This document shows, piece after piece, positions 43,743 to 56,990 of a stretch of 64,000 nt of DNA. How positions within the stretch are numbered: the stretch's first letter is position 1; each line of letters starts with the position of its first letter. The notes under the pieces are model-generated. The model made no database searches. It saw only the letters and a program-made list of their open reading frames with translations, and was not told the origin of the DNA. Made by a program: the position numbers and the translations under genes. This DNA comes from Diplonema japonicum (Eukaryota; Protista; Euglenozoa: Diplonemea): positions 434,001-498,000 of the forward strand of contig OZ025713.1 of NCBI GenBank assembly GCA_964019335.1, read 5' to 3'.

Positions 43743-46700
43743 TTAGCGCAGCACGGGGGCCGCGGGACCGGCGTCAAGAGAGACCGGAGGAGGGGGCGGC
43801 ACGTTTGAAGGTGCAGTGACGTCTGTAGACGCCAGGGATGATGGCGAGGTGAACAGTCCGGAGCGTGACCAGGCGAGCAGGCCAGACTCAACAATGAGGT
43901 CGTAGATCTGGGTCACGCGTCTCGACAGGGAGAACGCTAGGGAGGGAGTACCAGCAGGAGTGTCGATCGCCCCCCTCCCGATCACAGGGCACCCACCGAC
44001 AACATGCTCCCTGGACATCGGTGCTGCGTGGCAGGCTGGGCACCGGAGCACACCCTTGTGCTTCCTGTTCGGGCCAGCAGTCTGCAGGAAGCCGAAGAAG
44101 AGAGCCGAGTGACCAATCCGCAGCCGCGAGATGACCGTTTCAGCTTGTCTGGGGAAGCCAAGGGGGAAGTGCGCGGACCGAAGCTCGGTCGCCACCGCGT
44201 AGTTGTGGGCGAGGGATGTTATGAGCTCCGCGGACCTCCGCACCACCCACCGTCGCACCAGGGCCCTCACTGATCGGTAGTCAAGGGAGGGCCTGTCCTG
44301 CTTCCGCTTCGTTCCCTCCACGGCCAGAGCGTCAGCCTTCTCGTTCCCGTCCACCCCACAGTGGGAGGGCACAAACTGGAGGACCACCGGTGTCCCCTGC
44401 GTGCGCGCCGCGGTCACCAGCCGGCTCCACGTCTGGTGGTCGAGCTTCTCCCTCTGTCGCGTTGGGCCAGCTCGCAGCTGCTCGACGAGGGAGAGGGAGT
44501 CGGTGCAGATCGACAGCGGGGACTTCGCCAGCGAAGGGTGTGTTTTTCGGAGGGTGGCCACCATATCCAGCGCCGTTTTCACAGCCATGCCCTCTGCCCG
44601 AAAGGATGAACAGAAGTCGTTGACGCCATGGCACACAGACACAGGGGTCAGGGGGGGAGGCAGCTGCAGATAAACCCCAGAGCCACCTTTCGCCTTCTGT
44701 CCGACCTGTACAACCGAGCCATCCGTGTAGGCATGGATGCCCGGGGGGAGAGCCGCAAGAGCAGCCTCGGCCGCCTTCCGCCTGTCCGCGTGGCGACGAT
44801 CGCGTGACCCCACCGGGAAGGTCAGTCCTGAAGTCGACCATGCCTGTCTGCCACGGGGCCGCCAGGGGCGTAGCCGACAGGTACTCGAAGTGCACCTTTG
44901 GTTCCAACCCGCATCGACGCAGTGCTTGGTAGCCAGAGCGCAGCCACCCACACCCCAGCCTGTTCGCCTGCTTCAGCTTGACCGTCTCCCTGTGAACCGG
45001 GGAAGACTGCCAGCAGAAGGCCTTCGCCGTCATCGTCGCCGCAGCACCCTCAGCCATTCTTTCGAGGGGAAGCAGTCCTGCCTCAGCTAGGAGCTTGTAC
45101 CCTCCGGAGCCACTCCAGCAGCCCGTGATCAGCACCGCCGCCTCCTGGTGAAGCCCAGCCAGGTCCTTCCTCCCGACATCATCGAGCCTGCTGTAGTAGA
45201 CCCCCATGCAGTAGCGCAGCAGCGGGAGGATGTACGTAACGTAGAGAGACCGCAGAGTGTCCCTCTTGCTGCCCCAGGACGTGCCAGACAAGAGCTTCAG
45301 CACCCTCAGCCTTTTGCTGGCCCGCCGTAGGATGTCCTGTGCGTGTTCACCGAACGTGAGCCCAGAGTCCACCGTAACCCCAAGGTACCTCGCGTGTTCA
45401 GACAGAGGCAGGGGACGGGCCGCAACGTAATCCACGTCGGGCCGTCGCACGGCTGCATGCATGTCCCGCACGCAGCGGATCCGCACACCACCCGCCTCCA
45501 CAACCTGAAGGCCCGCCAGCTCCTGGTCCCCGGAGATCGTGCCATCGGCGTTCACCCCCAGGCCGAAGAGCGGGTTCTGGAAGGCACCTGGCTGAAGGGG
45601 GACTCGTGACGAAGTGAAGTAGACCCCGAGACGTTTCTGGGGGGGGACACAGACTGCCTGCGTCTTGGACGTGCTCAGCAGCATGTCACGCTCCCTGCAC
45701 CAGTCCTCAACCGCATCCACCACCGCCTGCGCCTTCCGCTCCAGCCCAGCCACGTCCCCTTGTCCAGAGGAGATCACGACCGCCACGTCGTCGGCGTAGA
45801 GCACCGAGACGTCCGCCAGTCCCTCCAGTCTCCTGGCGAGTTCGTCGACGTAGATGGTGTACAGGATGGGACCCAAGACAGAGCCCTGGGGGACACCCCG
45901 TCGCACCTTCGTCGTCGACCCCCTCGACCGTCCAATCGTGACCGCAGCAGTACGGCCGCATAGAAAGGACCGCGTCCACTCCACGAAGGGTTCGGGGAGA
46001 CCCTTCCCTCGCATCCTGTCCAGCAGGGCACCATGGGGCACCAGGTCGAAGGCAGAAGAGAAGTCGAACAGCAGAGCGGCCGAGAGACGCCGATCGTCCT
46101 TGTTCCTCGACATGCACTCAGTGAGGGTTGCCACCTGCTCCTCCGTGGAGCGGCCGCGTCTGAAACCAGCCTGGCTGTCGTGGAGTCCCTCGACTCCCGT
46201 CCCGTCCGCGTCAAGAAGAAACGTGAGCCTCTCCTCGATCATCCTCTCCAGCAGCTTGCAGAGGCAGCTGGTCAGGCAGATCGGCCGGTAGGAAGCCAAG
46301 AGAGTCGCATCTTTTCCAGGTTTCGGTACCGGGACGATCACTCCCTTCTTCCAGGCGCCGGGGACGACACCCATCAGCCAGGAGCGATTGAGGAGTAGAA
46401 GGAGGACACCGAGGGAGTCCGAGTTCAGGTGAAGGAGCATCTCCGAGAAGATTCCGTCTTCCCCGGCCGCGCTGCGCGTCTTCATCCTTCTCAGGCCGCG
46501 GGTGAGGTCGTCCACGGTGAACGCTTGACACCCGAGTCTGCTTGCAGAAGGAGCGGCGTCCTTCGAGTTCCCGTCACCACGCCTGCCGTAGAGCTTAGCG
46601 AAGTGCGCCCCCAGCCGGTCGGCCTTCGCCTTGTCCGACACAAATCTTCCCTCGAGTACAGGAAGGTGTGTCTTTCGGTGCCTGCCGTCCAGCTTCTTCA

Positions 46701-46920
46701 CCGCTCTGAACGCAGCCCCGAGGTCCTTGCTCCGGCTGAGGTCGGCCGCCATCCTTCCCCATGCCTCACGCTTCGTCTCGTCAAGAAGTCGGTTGACTTC
46801 TTTCACCTTCGCCCTGTACTCCTCCACCACGTCCGCCTCTTGAAGCAGGAGTTCGCGCAGGGTGTTCCGCTCTTCGAAGGCGTCCTCGAGCTCAGCAGTC
46901 CACCAGGGGGGTCGGGCCAC
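43743..46920 (-). CDS. Reverse transcriptase + RNase H + CCHC knuckle (one frameshift at ~44790)
   Basis: PWW, YRPICLTS, QAGFR, DFSSAFD, GVPQGSVLGP, YADD, YLGV; then AYTDGS, RAEGMA, TDSLS, VPSHCGVDGNEKAD, CPAC..EHVVGGC. Confidence 0.92.
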
Positions 46921-46927
46921 GTCGCAT

Positions 46928-47063
46928 AAAATTAACGTCCCGAGGGACGGGTTGCACTTGCCCCTGTACCCTAAGGCTCCTCCTAACGGGCTGCTGGGAG
47001 AATTGAACCGACGCTACTAGAAGGCTGCCCATGCGCTAACCAACTAGACCACGATCGATCCCG
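46928..47063 (-). ncRNA. tRNA-like Pol III (SINE-like) unit at the 5' end of the LINE insertion
   Basis: A box TGGTCTAGTTGG (47040-47051), B box GGTTCAATTC (47000-47009), ends in TTTT at 46928-46931. Confidence 0.55.
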
Positions 47064-49621
47064 ATTCAAAACTCTGACCTTTTTTTTTTTTTTTTTAAAT
47101 TATTCCACTAGGGGGGATGGGGGGCAGAGAAAGTTGAAACCATAAAAATTGGGAAGGGAAGGTTAAAAACAGTCTCTCTTACTGAGCCATATTGGGGGGG
47201 ACCTCTTGCTCGTTTGCTCGACCTCTTGTATATTTTCCTGGGGCCCCTGACATCCACCTTTCTTATTTTTTCCCCATTCCCCCACCACACAGCTCTTGGG
47301 CCTCAAAGGCTTTGGCTGTCACCAAATAAAGACAACCCCAAATATTAAAGGATGGTGATGAGATCCCTAATTTTGATTTATCCAGCCACAGGGACCCCAC
47401 CATCTGCTGGTTTTGTTGGGCTGTGGGAGCCTAAATTATAAATTTGAAAAGGAAGTGTAAAAGGAAAAGTCAAGTTCAGAACTCAACTTCCACAAAGAAG
47501 GGAGGAATGCATAACTAGAAAAGGAGCCTGGTAGGGAAAAAAAGAAAGGGAAACCAATGGGGGAGGGAAAAAAAGAATTACTGGTTACTATTTCTAAAAA
47601 CCCCCCTTCTCAGCTGTGTAAGATGTTTTTCCAACGAGACTCCCTGTCACGTAATGACGCGGGTGCACCAGGTAGGCTGGTGAGTGCTGTGGAGTCAATC
47701 GTCAGCGGGGAGGAAGAGGTTGTGAGAGGCGAAGTAGAGGAGGGGGACACGTTGGCAGATAACCCACCAGCCTTGGGCTTTCCCCGTGTGCGACAGGTCA
47801 CACAATGGTGTTCCTTACACCCCTATGCGGTTCTGCCTGCCTACCCACCAGAAGTCAAACCTTTGCCAAGAGACTGTGTCACACAATGGACTTACATCCC
47901 TTGAGGTGGTCCACCATACTTGACGCCTCCGCTCCGATTCTCTCTCCACGGGAACCCAGCCTACAACTCTGGTGGCTGGAGGACCCACTTTGAAATCGAA
48001 CCCCTCACGTGGAAAACACTGTTGTGCACTCTGGACATTTTGCATTAATCTTGTTTTCTGTCACTAGAATAGGTACTTTGGAGGAATTTTTTTTTTTTTT
48101 TGCAAGAATGAGTCTTTGACTTGTCTAAACAAAAGGGGAACGTTGGCAACGTGTTTTGGGTTGGCAAACTTCTCCAGGTTTTACCCAGCATGTACAAACA
48201 ATGGCCAGTTCCTCTTTTTTGAGAAAAAATCAATTTCTGGGTGTTTTTGGGTGTTTTTGACCATTTTTTTTGTGAGGAAAAAAAAAGTTTTTAGGCACTT
48301 TTTTGGAAACCTTCGTCCTGCAACAGGAAGATTGATGCCTGTCTTGCAGCTGTCCTTTCAATGGTGAGTGTGAAGAGTTTTTCCTTTTTAATTTGCAACA
48401 TTTTGTGATTATGTTTTCAACTTCTTTGCTTCTTATCATTTACTCTGGATTTACGATCCAAGAATCGTATTTCAACTATCATTTTGTTTTCTTTTTCTGC
48501 AGTGGCTCCTCTGATGAATGGTAGGTATGCACCAGTGCCCTGATAAAAGGGTGGGGACCATTTGCGAGTGTGAGATGTTGATGGTGAAGGTGTCCTGAAT
48601 GCGTTTTTTAAGGGTCACAGGCTGGGGCTCACAGGTGGGTGGGTTGAGGCCAGGTTAGTTTGCCGATTGGCATCCCATTTGTGGGACCCAACTGATCTGT
48701 CTGAAATCCCTTGTTTGCAAGTACCCTTTTTTATATTGTATTGCAACATACTTGTGATGCCAAGAATACACAGGAGAAAATAGTTGCACCCCATGACCTG
48801 CAGGCACCTTCTGAAGCAGTCCCAGGTATTGGTACTCATTCTCAATTACTCAGGGAGTACCACCTGGGATGTGCAAAGAACAGGTGTGAGAAAGGGTCAA
48901 GGGAGGATCAGAAAGCTTTTTCTTTCATTCTTCTCTACTTTTTTACTTTCGATAAGAAGCAAAGCTGAAAACATAATCACAAATGCCACGTGAAGGCTGT
49001 GAGTTGGGTTTTATCCTCCCTTTTCCTCATATGAATTAGTTTCCACCTTTTCCACTTAAACTTTTTATTCCCCTTTTTCTTTTTTTCTTTTATTCAGGCA
49101 TCCTGCCACATACTGCAGGTACCCTTAAATGTCTCTTTTTTTTTTTTCTTTCTTTTTTTTCTTTTTTTTTTTTCTTTTTCCTACATGTTTTCAGTCCTGG
49201 GTATGACGTTAAACTGCATCCACTGACGTGTTTGGGCCACCATTTCCTGGCCAGGCCGCCTTTCCCGTCGTTCTGTTATTATTATTATTTTTTTTTTTAA
49301 TTTTGAAAGAACGAAAGAAAGAAAGAAAGAAGATAAGGTCAGTGTGCAGGAGTGCTCACTGTCAAAGAGGATGGAAGGAAAGAAAAAAGAATAAGAAAAG
49401 AAGAATATGATTGATGCTGTGCTGTGGTCAATTTTCTTTTTCCTTTGCATTCTTCTATGTGTCTTGCTGCACTGGGTGGAAAGGGACACATCTGACCGTG
49501 TCAGCAAAGGAAGTGCTTTCTGAAATTCCCTTTTCTCCTCAGACCTAAAAGGGATAATTCCCCACCACACGATTCAGAGGTACTACATTGAGAAACGAGA
49601 TGCAAATAGTATTGTTATTTT

Positions 49622-50905
49622 TTTAGTTCACTCTTTGTCATTTTCTTCACTCACTAGGAGGCTCATTATTTAACGCAAAACAGCCATTATTTACGCGAAA
49701 TGGCCATTATTTAAATAATGAGATTTTGCAGTTAAATAATAGTGCTTCAGAGCGAAAAAATGGGTTTCGTCGTGTTCTCACACCTGTTCTTTGCATGTCC
49801 CAGGTGGTACTCCCTGAGTATTGAGAATTACTTTAGTATTGCCTCTGAGAGGCGTCCTTCCAGGCCTGCCTTCATCACAGCAGACCCGCCCTTCTCGTCC
49901 ACAATCATTTTGGTGATCTCCCTCGCCTCTGCCAGCTTCAACTAGGTGCTGCTGCTGCCTCGCCTTTGCCACCAGCTCTAAGCTGTGGCTGCACACCTCA
50001 CCCACCTCCCCTCTGACGTTGTTGAGCACCGAGGCCATCCTCTGCTGGTGCCTCCACTTTTCCTCCAGGCCAGATGTGAGGTCCTCCACATCCTTGAACA
50101 CTTCATACTGCTACATTTTGCGAACAGGGATTTCGGACAGATCACTGTATGGAAAGTAAAACTGCCAGAAAAATCACAAAAAGGGATCAATGAATAAAAG
50201 GCTATAAAAATATGAATGAAAACATTGAAGAAATCGAAAGTAAAAAAGCAGAGAGGAATGAAAGAAAAGCTTTCCAGTCCTCCCTTGACCCTTTCTCACA
50301 CCTGTTCTTCACACATCCCTTATTTAAAAAATAGCTATTTATTGCCAACAAATAATGAGTCATTATTTAACTCGAGTTCCCGAATTTTTTGCACGAGGGC
50401 CCACAGGGCCCGAGTGCAAAAAAACGGTAATGAGTGTTAAATAATGGCTCATTTGGCGGCAAGTAAGTCGTTTTATTTCACTTTTCGTCATTTGAGTCAC
50501 TTACTCTTCACTGCTTTCACTGCTGTTTTTTTTCACACAGGTCAGCTTTTTGGGGATTTTCCTAAGGTAATACAGGGTAGCTATTTCGCCGTGGCATTTA
50601 AAGGGGAAGTAAGGCACTTATTCCCACTTTTAAGGGCTGGAATGGCCTCAGATGGCCAAAAATAGTCAAAATACCCCCACCCCAAAAAAAATTTTTCAAG
50701 GGGTTGGGTGCATTTTTTTCCACGACAAGACCCATTTTTTCACTCTGAAGGGCCATTATTTAACTGCAAAATCTCATTATTTAACTAGTTAAATAATGGC
50801 GATTTCGCGTTAAATAATGGCCGTTTCGCGTTAAATAATGGCCATTTCACGTTAAATAATGAGGCCCCTAGTGAGTGAAGAAAATGACGAAGAGTGAAAT
50901 AAAAA
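49622..50905. mobile_element. Foldback/MITE-like element with ~155-185 bp inverted arms and CCATTATTTAAC subterminal repeats
   Basis: 49622-49775 is the reverse complement of 50721-50905; internal hairpin at ~50383-50425. Confidence 0.75.
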
Positions 50906-51027
50906 AAAAAAAAAAAAAAGAAAAAAAAGTCCCAGGTGGTACTCCCCAAGTAATTGAGAATTACTTTAGTTATTGTGGGGGCCAAAAAAAAAAAAAAAAA
51001 AAGGAAAAAAAAAGGAAAAAAAAGAAA

Positions 51028-51507
51028 ATGGGGAAAAGAATACAGAACTGCTGTGAATGCCTCCGTGAGGGAGTGCTAATGGTGGTGGTGGTTGCAGAGC
51101 TAATGATGTTAACAGGGGTAGTGGTGTCCTGGGCGGTGGGAGGTGGGGGAACAGAGATGGTTAACATCGGAGCAATAGTAGGGGTTGCGTTATGCTTGCT
51201 CAGCTTTGGGGCTATGTGGAACAGGAAAAAATCAGTCACGTGTCAAATTATAGGGCTTGTAGGACTATGGGCACTGACAATACCAGCAGGTCACTCCACA
51301 GCTCTACTGGTCAACTGCAGTAAGCAAACAGACTCTTGCAAGCCTGACGCCGTTAAGGCCATCTCAGCAGGCCTTGCGTCGCTCTGTCATGTCCTTTACA
51401 TCTACCTTCTCCAAAAGAAACCCCGGGCGAAAAAAACCGAAATAAGCAGGCGAGAGGAAGCACAGCGTGACAGTGAAGATATAGAAATCGAAGAGGAGCG
51501 TGCATAG
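51028..51507 (+). CDS. Small multi-pass (about 4 TM) membrane protein
   Basis: Four hydrophobic segments and a charged C-tail; ATG follows a poly(A) tract. Confidence 0.7.
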   Translation: MGKRIQNCCECLREGVLMVVVVAELMMLTGVVVSWAVGGGGTEMVNIGAIVGVALCLLSFGAMWNRKKSVTCQIIGLVGLWALTIPAGHSTALLVNCSKQTDSCKPDAVKAISAGLASLCHVLYIYLLQKKPRAKKTEISRREEAQRDSEDIEIEEERA

Positions 51508-51796
51508 AGTGTGTTGTTTGTGTGTGTGTGTGTGTGTGTGTGTTTTTATTTATTATTATGCCCTTTTTTTTTCTCGCCCTCATTTCTCCAGTGCATTCCC
51601 CCCCCCCCCTTTTTTTTCCATATTCTAACACCCACACTTTTTCTTTCTCCATACACCCCTTTTTTTTGTTTTCCTTTTGATCGTGCTAAAATTCTTTTTA
51701 AAAAAAAGCAACAATAAACGAGGGGGGAAAAAAGTGAGAACTTTATAATAATAAAAAACTCGATAAGATTTCAGTGTGCATGGGGGTGCTCACTCA

Positions 51797-51832
<36 letters not shown>

Positions 51833-52977
51833 AAAACACACATGCACACACCGAGATAAACTTTTCTATTTTCAAAAAAAAAAAAAAAAATTAAAAAAAG
51901 AGGGAGGATAAAACCCAAGAAGTTTTCAAACCTTTTTTACAGCCCGATGTGTGCAAGCCGCAAGGCACAGTGGCTAGACCACCAGAGGGGCACCATGTTG
52001 CGCACACGGAGGCCAAGGAGGGTAGGAAACGGTGCAGTGCAGCATCATGCGTCTGCAAACCATGTCAGAGGCAGGCATGGGTTCCAACGTGAGGCAGCTG
52101 TGAACAAGATCGCCCAGGAGGTGTGGGAGGGCAACATCATGGGTCCCTACGGAACCAACACTCGCCAACCTCCTCCGATGGGTCCCTGAGGCGAAGGTTA
52201 CCCTCAACGACACCCGGCTGTCATCATCTTTCAGATGTTATTACCATATCCTCAAGCGGCATTACCGCAGCTGGAAACACAAGCATGATCCTTGTGAGGT
52301 GTATGCCATCCGTCTCGACGGCATGGTGACCTTCTTCAAGATGGACATGACTCGTGAGGAGATCGAAGCAGTGTGCACAGCACCATCCCAGAGCAAACTA
52401 AGGGTGTGTACTTAGTCAACAACAACAATATCAACAGGTCGACTTTGTTCCATCTGATGCATTGATTTCTGGTGAAGACTATGGGGTGAGCTTGCTAACC
52501 CCTAGGAACAGACTGTGGTTTGTCAAGAAGATGGCATGCATTCGTGCCAGAATCCTAGAGTGTGAGGCAGAGCCACCAACGTCATTCAAGTCGGAAACGT
52601 TAGGAAGGATGCTAACCCTGCTAAGCTGGTGATAGAAGTAGTTTTGAAGAGATCAACAGGTGTGTTGATCTCCTTTTTCTTTTTTTTCTCTCCTTTCCCT
52701 TCTTATACACAAACAGTCCGACCTTACATTATTTCATCGCATCACAGGTACTACACAACATGTGCACAATACATACAGTTATCAATAACTGTATCTAAGG
52801 TCTATAAGCTTCGGGATGTATTTTTCCATCTTCATCACAAATCAGCTTGTCGTCGTACGGCCCCTCATTGTCTTCCTCTTACCCGTTTCTTGTTTCGAGT
52901 GATTTAACTAATGCTGCTCCCAGCAATCAAAACAGCAAAGAGAAACCCCATCATAAAAAAAAAAAAAAGAAAGAAAA

Positions 52978-53972
52978 ATGAAGTGCCTTGCTATGATGCT
53001 TGCCCTTCCTGTGCTGATATGCGCACAGCAACCCACAAAAGGCCTCCCGATACCGCAATTCTACACGACTTCGGACTGCACTGGGAACATCGATGCGCAA
53101 TCCCGCCTGTGGTCACAGCCGGCAAAGCACGGTGGTGATGTGAAGCCCTTCGCGGTGGACGGTTCGTATATGCAGACATGGGCAATGGAGACGTGCATGA
53201 CAGACACGACAGTGGCATACTCTGTGATGCTGTCGGTGGACACAACGGCGTGCAAGTCGGGCGACAAGACGAAGCAACTGGTGCTGAGTACTGGCAAGCA
53301 AGCAAGACGTGTCTCGGGGCCCCCACAACGACAACGCCGATGACAATGTCGCAGTGCGTGGCATACGGACGGGGGTCCGTGAGGTTCTCACCCACCATCA
53401 GCGCGGACGACTTGTGCATCGGTACAACCTGGATTTCAGCGGTGCGAGGGGGCGGCATCATGACAAAGAGCTGGCTCAACAACGATTGCTCAGGCACACC
53501 GCAAAGCAGTATGGAGGATAAGGACAACCAGAAGGAATGTGCGACTGAGCCAGAATGCTCTGGGTGCTGCCGTGAGTACAGCAAGTGCAAAGCAGAGAAC
53601 TACACCAGATCTGTTATGGCTTGCAGAAAAGTGGGCAGTGGGTACGAGTACGCGTTTGCAGCGCCCGGGTACACAGACAGCACCTGCACCACGCTGGACA
53701 AGTCCGCAGTGCTGGGCTTGCAGAAGATCGGTTACGACACGTGCGTCTCAACCATGGTGAATGGGCTGAACATCTCGCTGCGTCTCAGCTTCGTGGCACC
53801 CCTCACCGTGGACCTGCAGTGCCAGCTTGTCGATATGCTCCTCAGGAACAACCTCGATGACGGTGTGTTGTCCTGGGCCGCTTTCACTTCGCTCATCAAC
53901 CCTGCGGCTGTGGCCTCCCCTGCCCACAGCCTAGTGGTAGGCATCGTTTTGCTGTTCACCGTTTTTTTCTAG
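52978..53972 (+). CDS. Cys/Thr-rich secreted, probably GPI-anchored surface protein (frameshift at ~53285)
   Basis: Signal peptide MKCLAMMLALPVLICA; hydrophobic C-terminus SPAHSLVVGIVLLFTVFF; the two ORFs join at KQLV/EYWQ. Confidence 0.7.
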
Positions 53973-55202
53973 AAACCAAGAGTTCGGTATTTGTCAGGAG
54001 ATCCCAAATTTCCAAAAGAAAGAAAAAAGAAAAAGAAAAAAACAGTACTTTCTGCAAGACTTTAGTTCCTGACATCCCAATTTCTTGGTGGTTTTTCAAT
54101 TCCAGAGTCATTTACATTAGTCAATGACAAATACCAAATAAAACAAGCTACTGTAAAGCGAAAAATCCCGGGGAGAAAAATACCGGAGAGTGATAAATCC
54201 CTGGGGGAAAAAAAAAAAAGCCCAGACATTTTTCTTCCCGGCACCTTTTTCACTCTTACAAAAGGTTTTTTTTCCCCCTTTTTCTTTTTTTTTTTAAATA
54301 AATAAACCTCTTTTTTTTCAGGCTGGCTAGACCATTCTCTCTTTTTCTACTCTTGCTATGAAAGAAATGGAGGAGAAAAAGTGCGGAACACCTTCGTGCT
54401 TCTTGTCTTCCTTTAATCCCTCCCTTCTTCCTTTCTTTGAGAAAAATCTTTTTCCAATGCAGCAAACTTCAGTTTATTTTCTTTTCCCATACTTCCTTTT
54501 CGACCGTCTACATTCGATTCTCCTTACGAGTACCTGTACCTAGATTTGTTTCACACAAGTTTGTAAAATTCCCACCGGAATAAAAGGGTATTGCAAATTG
54601 CAAACAAGATCCTAGGTAGTAGAACTCAATCCTGTCTCTGATTTTCTTTTCTTTCCATTGTGATAACACAACACAATTGTTCAACAATAAGTAAAAACGA
54701 AAAGAAAATGAAGTAGAAAACTTAAGAATGCCAAGTTTCCTCTAAGTTCAGTAAATAGGCTGCTTGGCCAAATCCTCTCAATGGTTTGAACTGCTACAGT
54801 TTCGGCCAACGTCCTCCAAAATTTCTCCCCCACAGGCCATTCATCTGTGGTAACGAGGAAATTTGGTGGATCCCCCCCCCCCCCCCCCCCCCAGAAAGGT
54901 CTTACCGGAAGGTTTCTTTTTCTTGCTCCTCGGAGCTTTTCCTTTCTACAGTATTAAAAAAAAAATATATAAAAGATAAAGAAGATTGGTCTATAACTTT
55001 ATACCAGACGTGTGTGCCGTGTGAAAAAGCCTTTTTTGAAAAAAGAAAGGAAAAGACCAAATCATCCCCCCTCCCCCCCAACCCAATTGCGGTTAGCTGT
55101 TTGGAGCCGTTACCTCCCTCTTCCTTCCTTTCTCCTATTTTCAAATCTTGCCTTCCTGTGTTCCTTTCATGTTCTATCACAAAAGGAGGGGAAGCAAGCT
55201 AC

Positions 55203-56490
55203 ATGATGGAACACAAAGCTGCGCCCGTGGCGTTGCAGGTGATGCTCCCCAATTCTGTGTTCGTTGCTGTGCATGCAGAGGGGGTTGAGAGAGTGCTTGA
55301 TGTGAAGGAGAAAGTGGCACAGGCAGTGGGTCTCCGAATTGACAGTTTTATGTTAACCTTTGAAGGCGATGAGCTTGCTAATGGTGTGAAGGTCATGGAT
55401 CTGCCATTTGTGGACCAGAGCGAGCTTGTCCTGACGATGACAGACGACTCCAGTATTTCAGAAACACTAAAAGAGCTCCACGAGAAGCTCAAGGTGGCAC
55501 AGGTAAACGGTGGTGACAACTACAGCGTGGCCAAGGTGCTCTTTGCTATGGGCAAGGCTTGCTTCAAGGAAGCCGATAAAACCCCAAAATACAAGGATCG
55601 CTATGCACCAGCTTTAACATACCTCACTGAGTCTGCTGAAGTATGGAAGCAGCTTGACAACGATGAAGGTGGGATGCACTGCCAGTACTACATCGCACGA
55701 ACGCACCGCTACATGGGGAACCTCGACCTTGCCCTTACCTACTCCACGCAAGCTGCTGATGCTGCAAGACGACTCAACGACCATAAGACTCTCATGCGGT
55801 GCCTCAACGACCTGGGGCACATCCACTCCGACAGGCTCGACTTCGCCTCTGCGCTGGTGGTGTACAAAGAGACCATCATTGTTGCGAAAGACACATCCGG
55901 TGCAGACCACATCGGAACGGCCATGCATGAGGAACTTAGCATACTGCTACAGAGAAATGCGGAAGTACTCCGCCTCGAGGACGTGCTATTCTAAGGCGGT
56001 GCTGATCTTCAAACGTGTTCTGCCCGACGGAGACCACGCCTGCATAGCCTCCTGCTACGAAAGCTTGGCAGTGGTGTGCGATAGGGAAGGCAAGTACACC
56101 ATGGCCTTGGAAGCATGCGACAAGGCTGTGGAGATGTGGAGGCGGCTGCGCCCACACGAAGGCGGCGTGGCCCCCACTTTACTGCAAAGACGTGGCGAGC
56201 TACACGAGCACAAGGGGGACTTCAAGGCGGCACTAATAGATCTCGAAGAGGCCCTGCAGTTATACCCTTCCTCTTCCCTTAAGCACAGGGTAAAGATCCA
56301 CTACGTCATGGGACACGCCTGCAGGAAGAGTGGTGACTATCGCTCCTCGGTTAGCCACTACGAGGAAGCTGTAATGATACAGCGAAAGCTGAACCCAAAC
56401 GCAGTTGCTACGATTCTCCATCATCTTGCCACTGCTTACGAACTAAAGGGTGACAGCGATGCTGCGCTGCGATGCAGCCAGGAGGCCTGA
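55203..56490 (+). CDS. Ubiquitin-like domain + TPR repeat protein (frameshift at ~55923)
   Basis: Ubl (LQVMLPN..VLDVKEKVAQAVGL..FMLTFEGDEL), then TPR helices continuing in the second frame from CMRNLAYCY. Confidence 0.75.
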
Positions 56491-56990
56491 GCTACACTGG
56501 AGTGAGCACGATGCAACTAACCCCCGACCCCCGTTGGAAGGCACGGCTATCACTTTTTCTATATTCTACAACAAACGAACCAGCCCACTCTGCAGTCTGA
56601 CGCTGCATCTTTTATTTAAATTTATTCTTCTCTTCTGGTTCTTGGTTTTGACTCATACCTATCATACATCATATAACCCGATGAAAGACATCAAATTCCA
56701 AGGAGGAAAAAAAAAAAAAAGAAAAAAAAAAAAAAAAAAAAAAAAAGCACCTGCCTCAGAGTATTATCGAAACATAGAAGTATTCGCTGGCTTCCATATT
56801 GTGGATTTCTTTTTAGCGAAAATTCTTTTGGTCGATACCATATATTACCCAAAGAGGGGTGCCACACGCACCAGCCTGTTTCATTTGAACCAAACTGGCA
56901 GCAGCCTTGAATACCACCGGTTTATTTAATGTGATGTATGTGTTACGTATTACAATTTCAGTTAACTAGTGATATTAGAGAAAAAGAAAA

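Larger units (their letters stand above)
43330..47063 (-). mobile_element. Ingi/I-group-like non-LTR retrotransposon insertion lacking the endonuclease, with poly(A) tail and 12-bp TSD
   Basis: ATTCAAAACTCT at 43318-43329 and 47064-47075; T-tract to 43352; RT and RNase H coding. Confidence 0.9.

Noticed and set aside
51947-52620. Possible decayed gene
   Set aside because: Coding-like composition but fragmented, with no motif I can assign.
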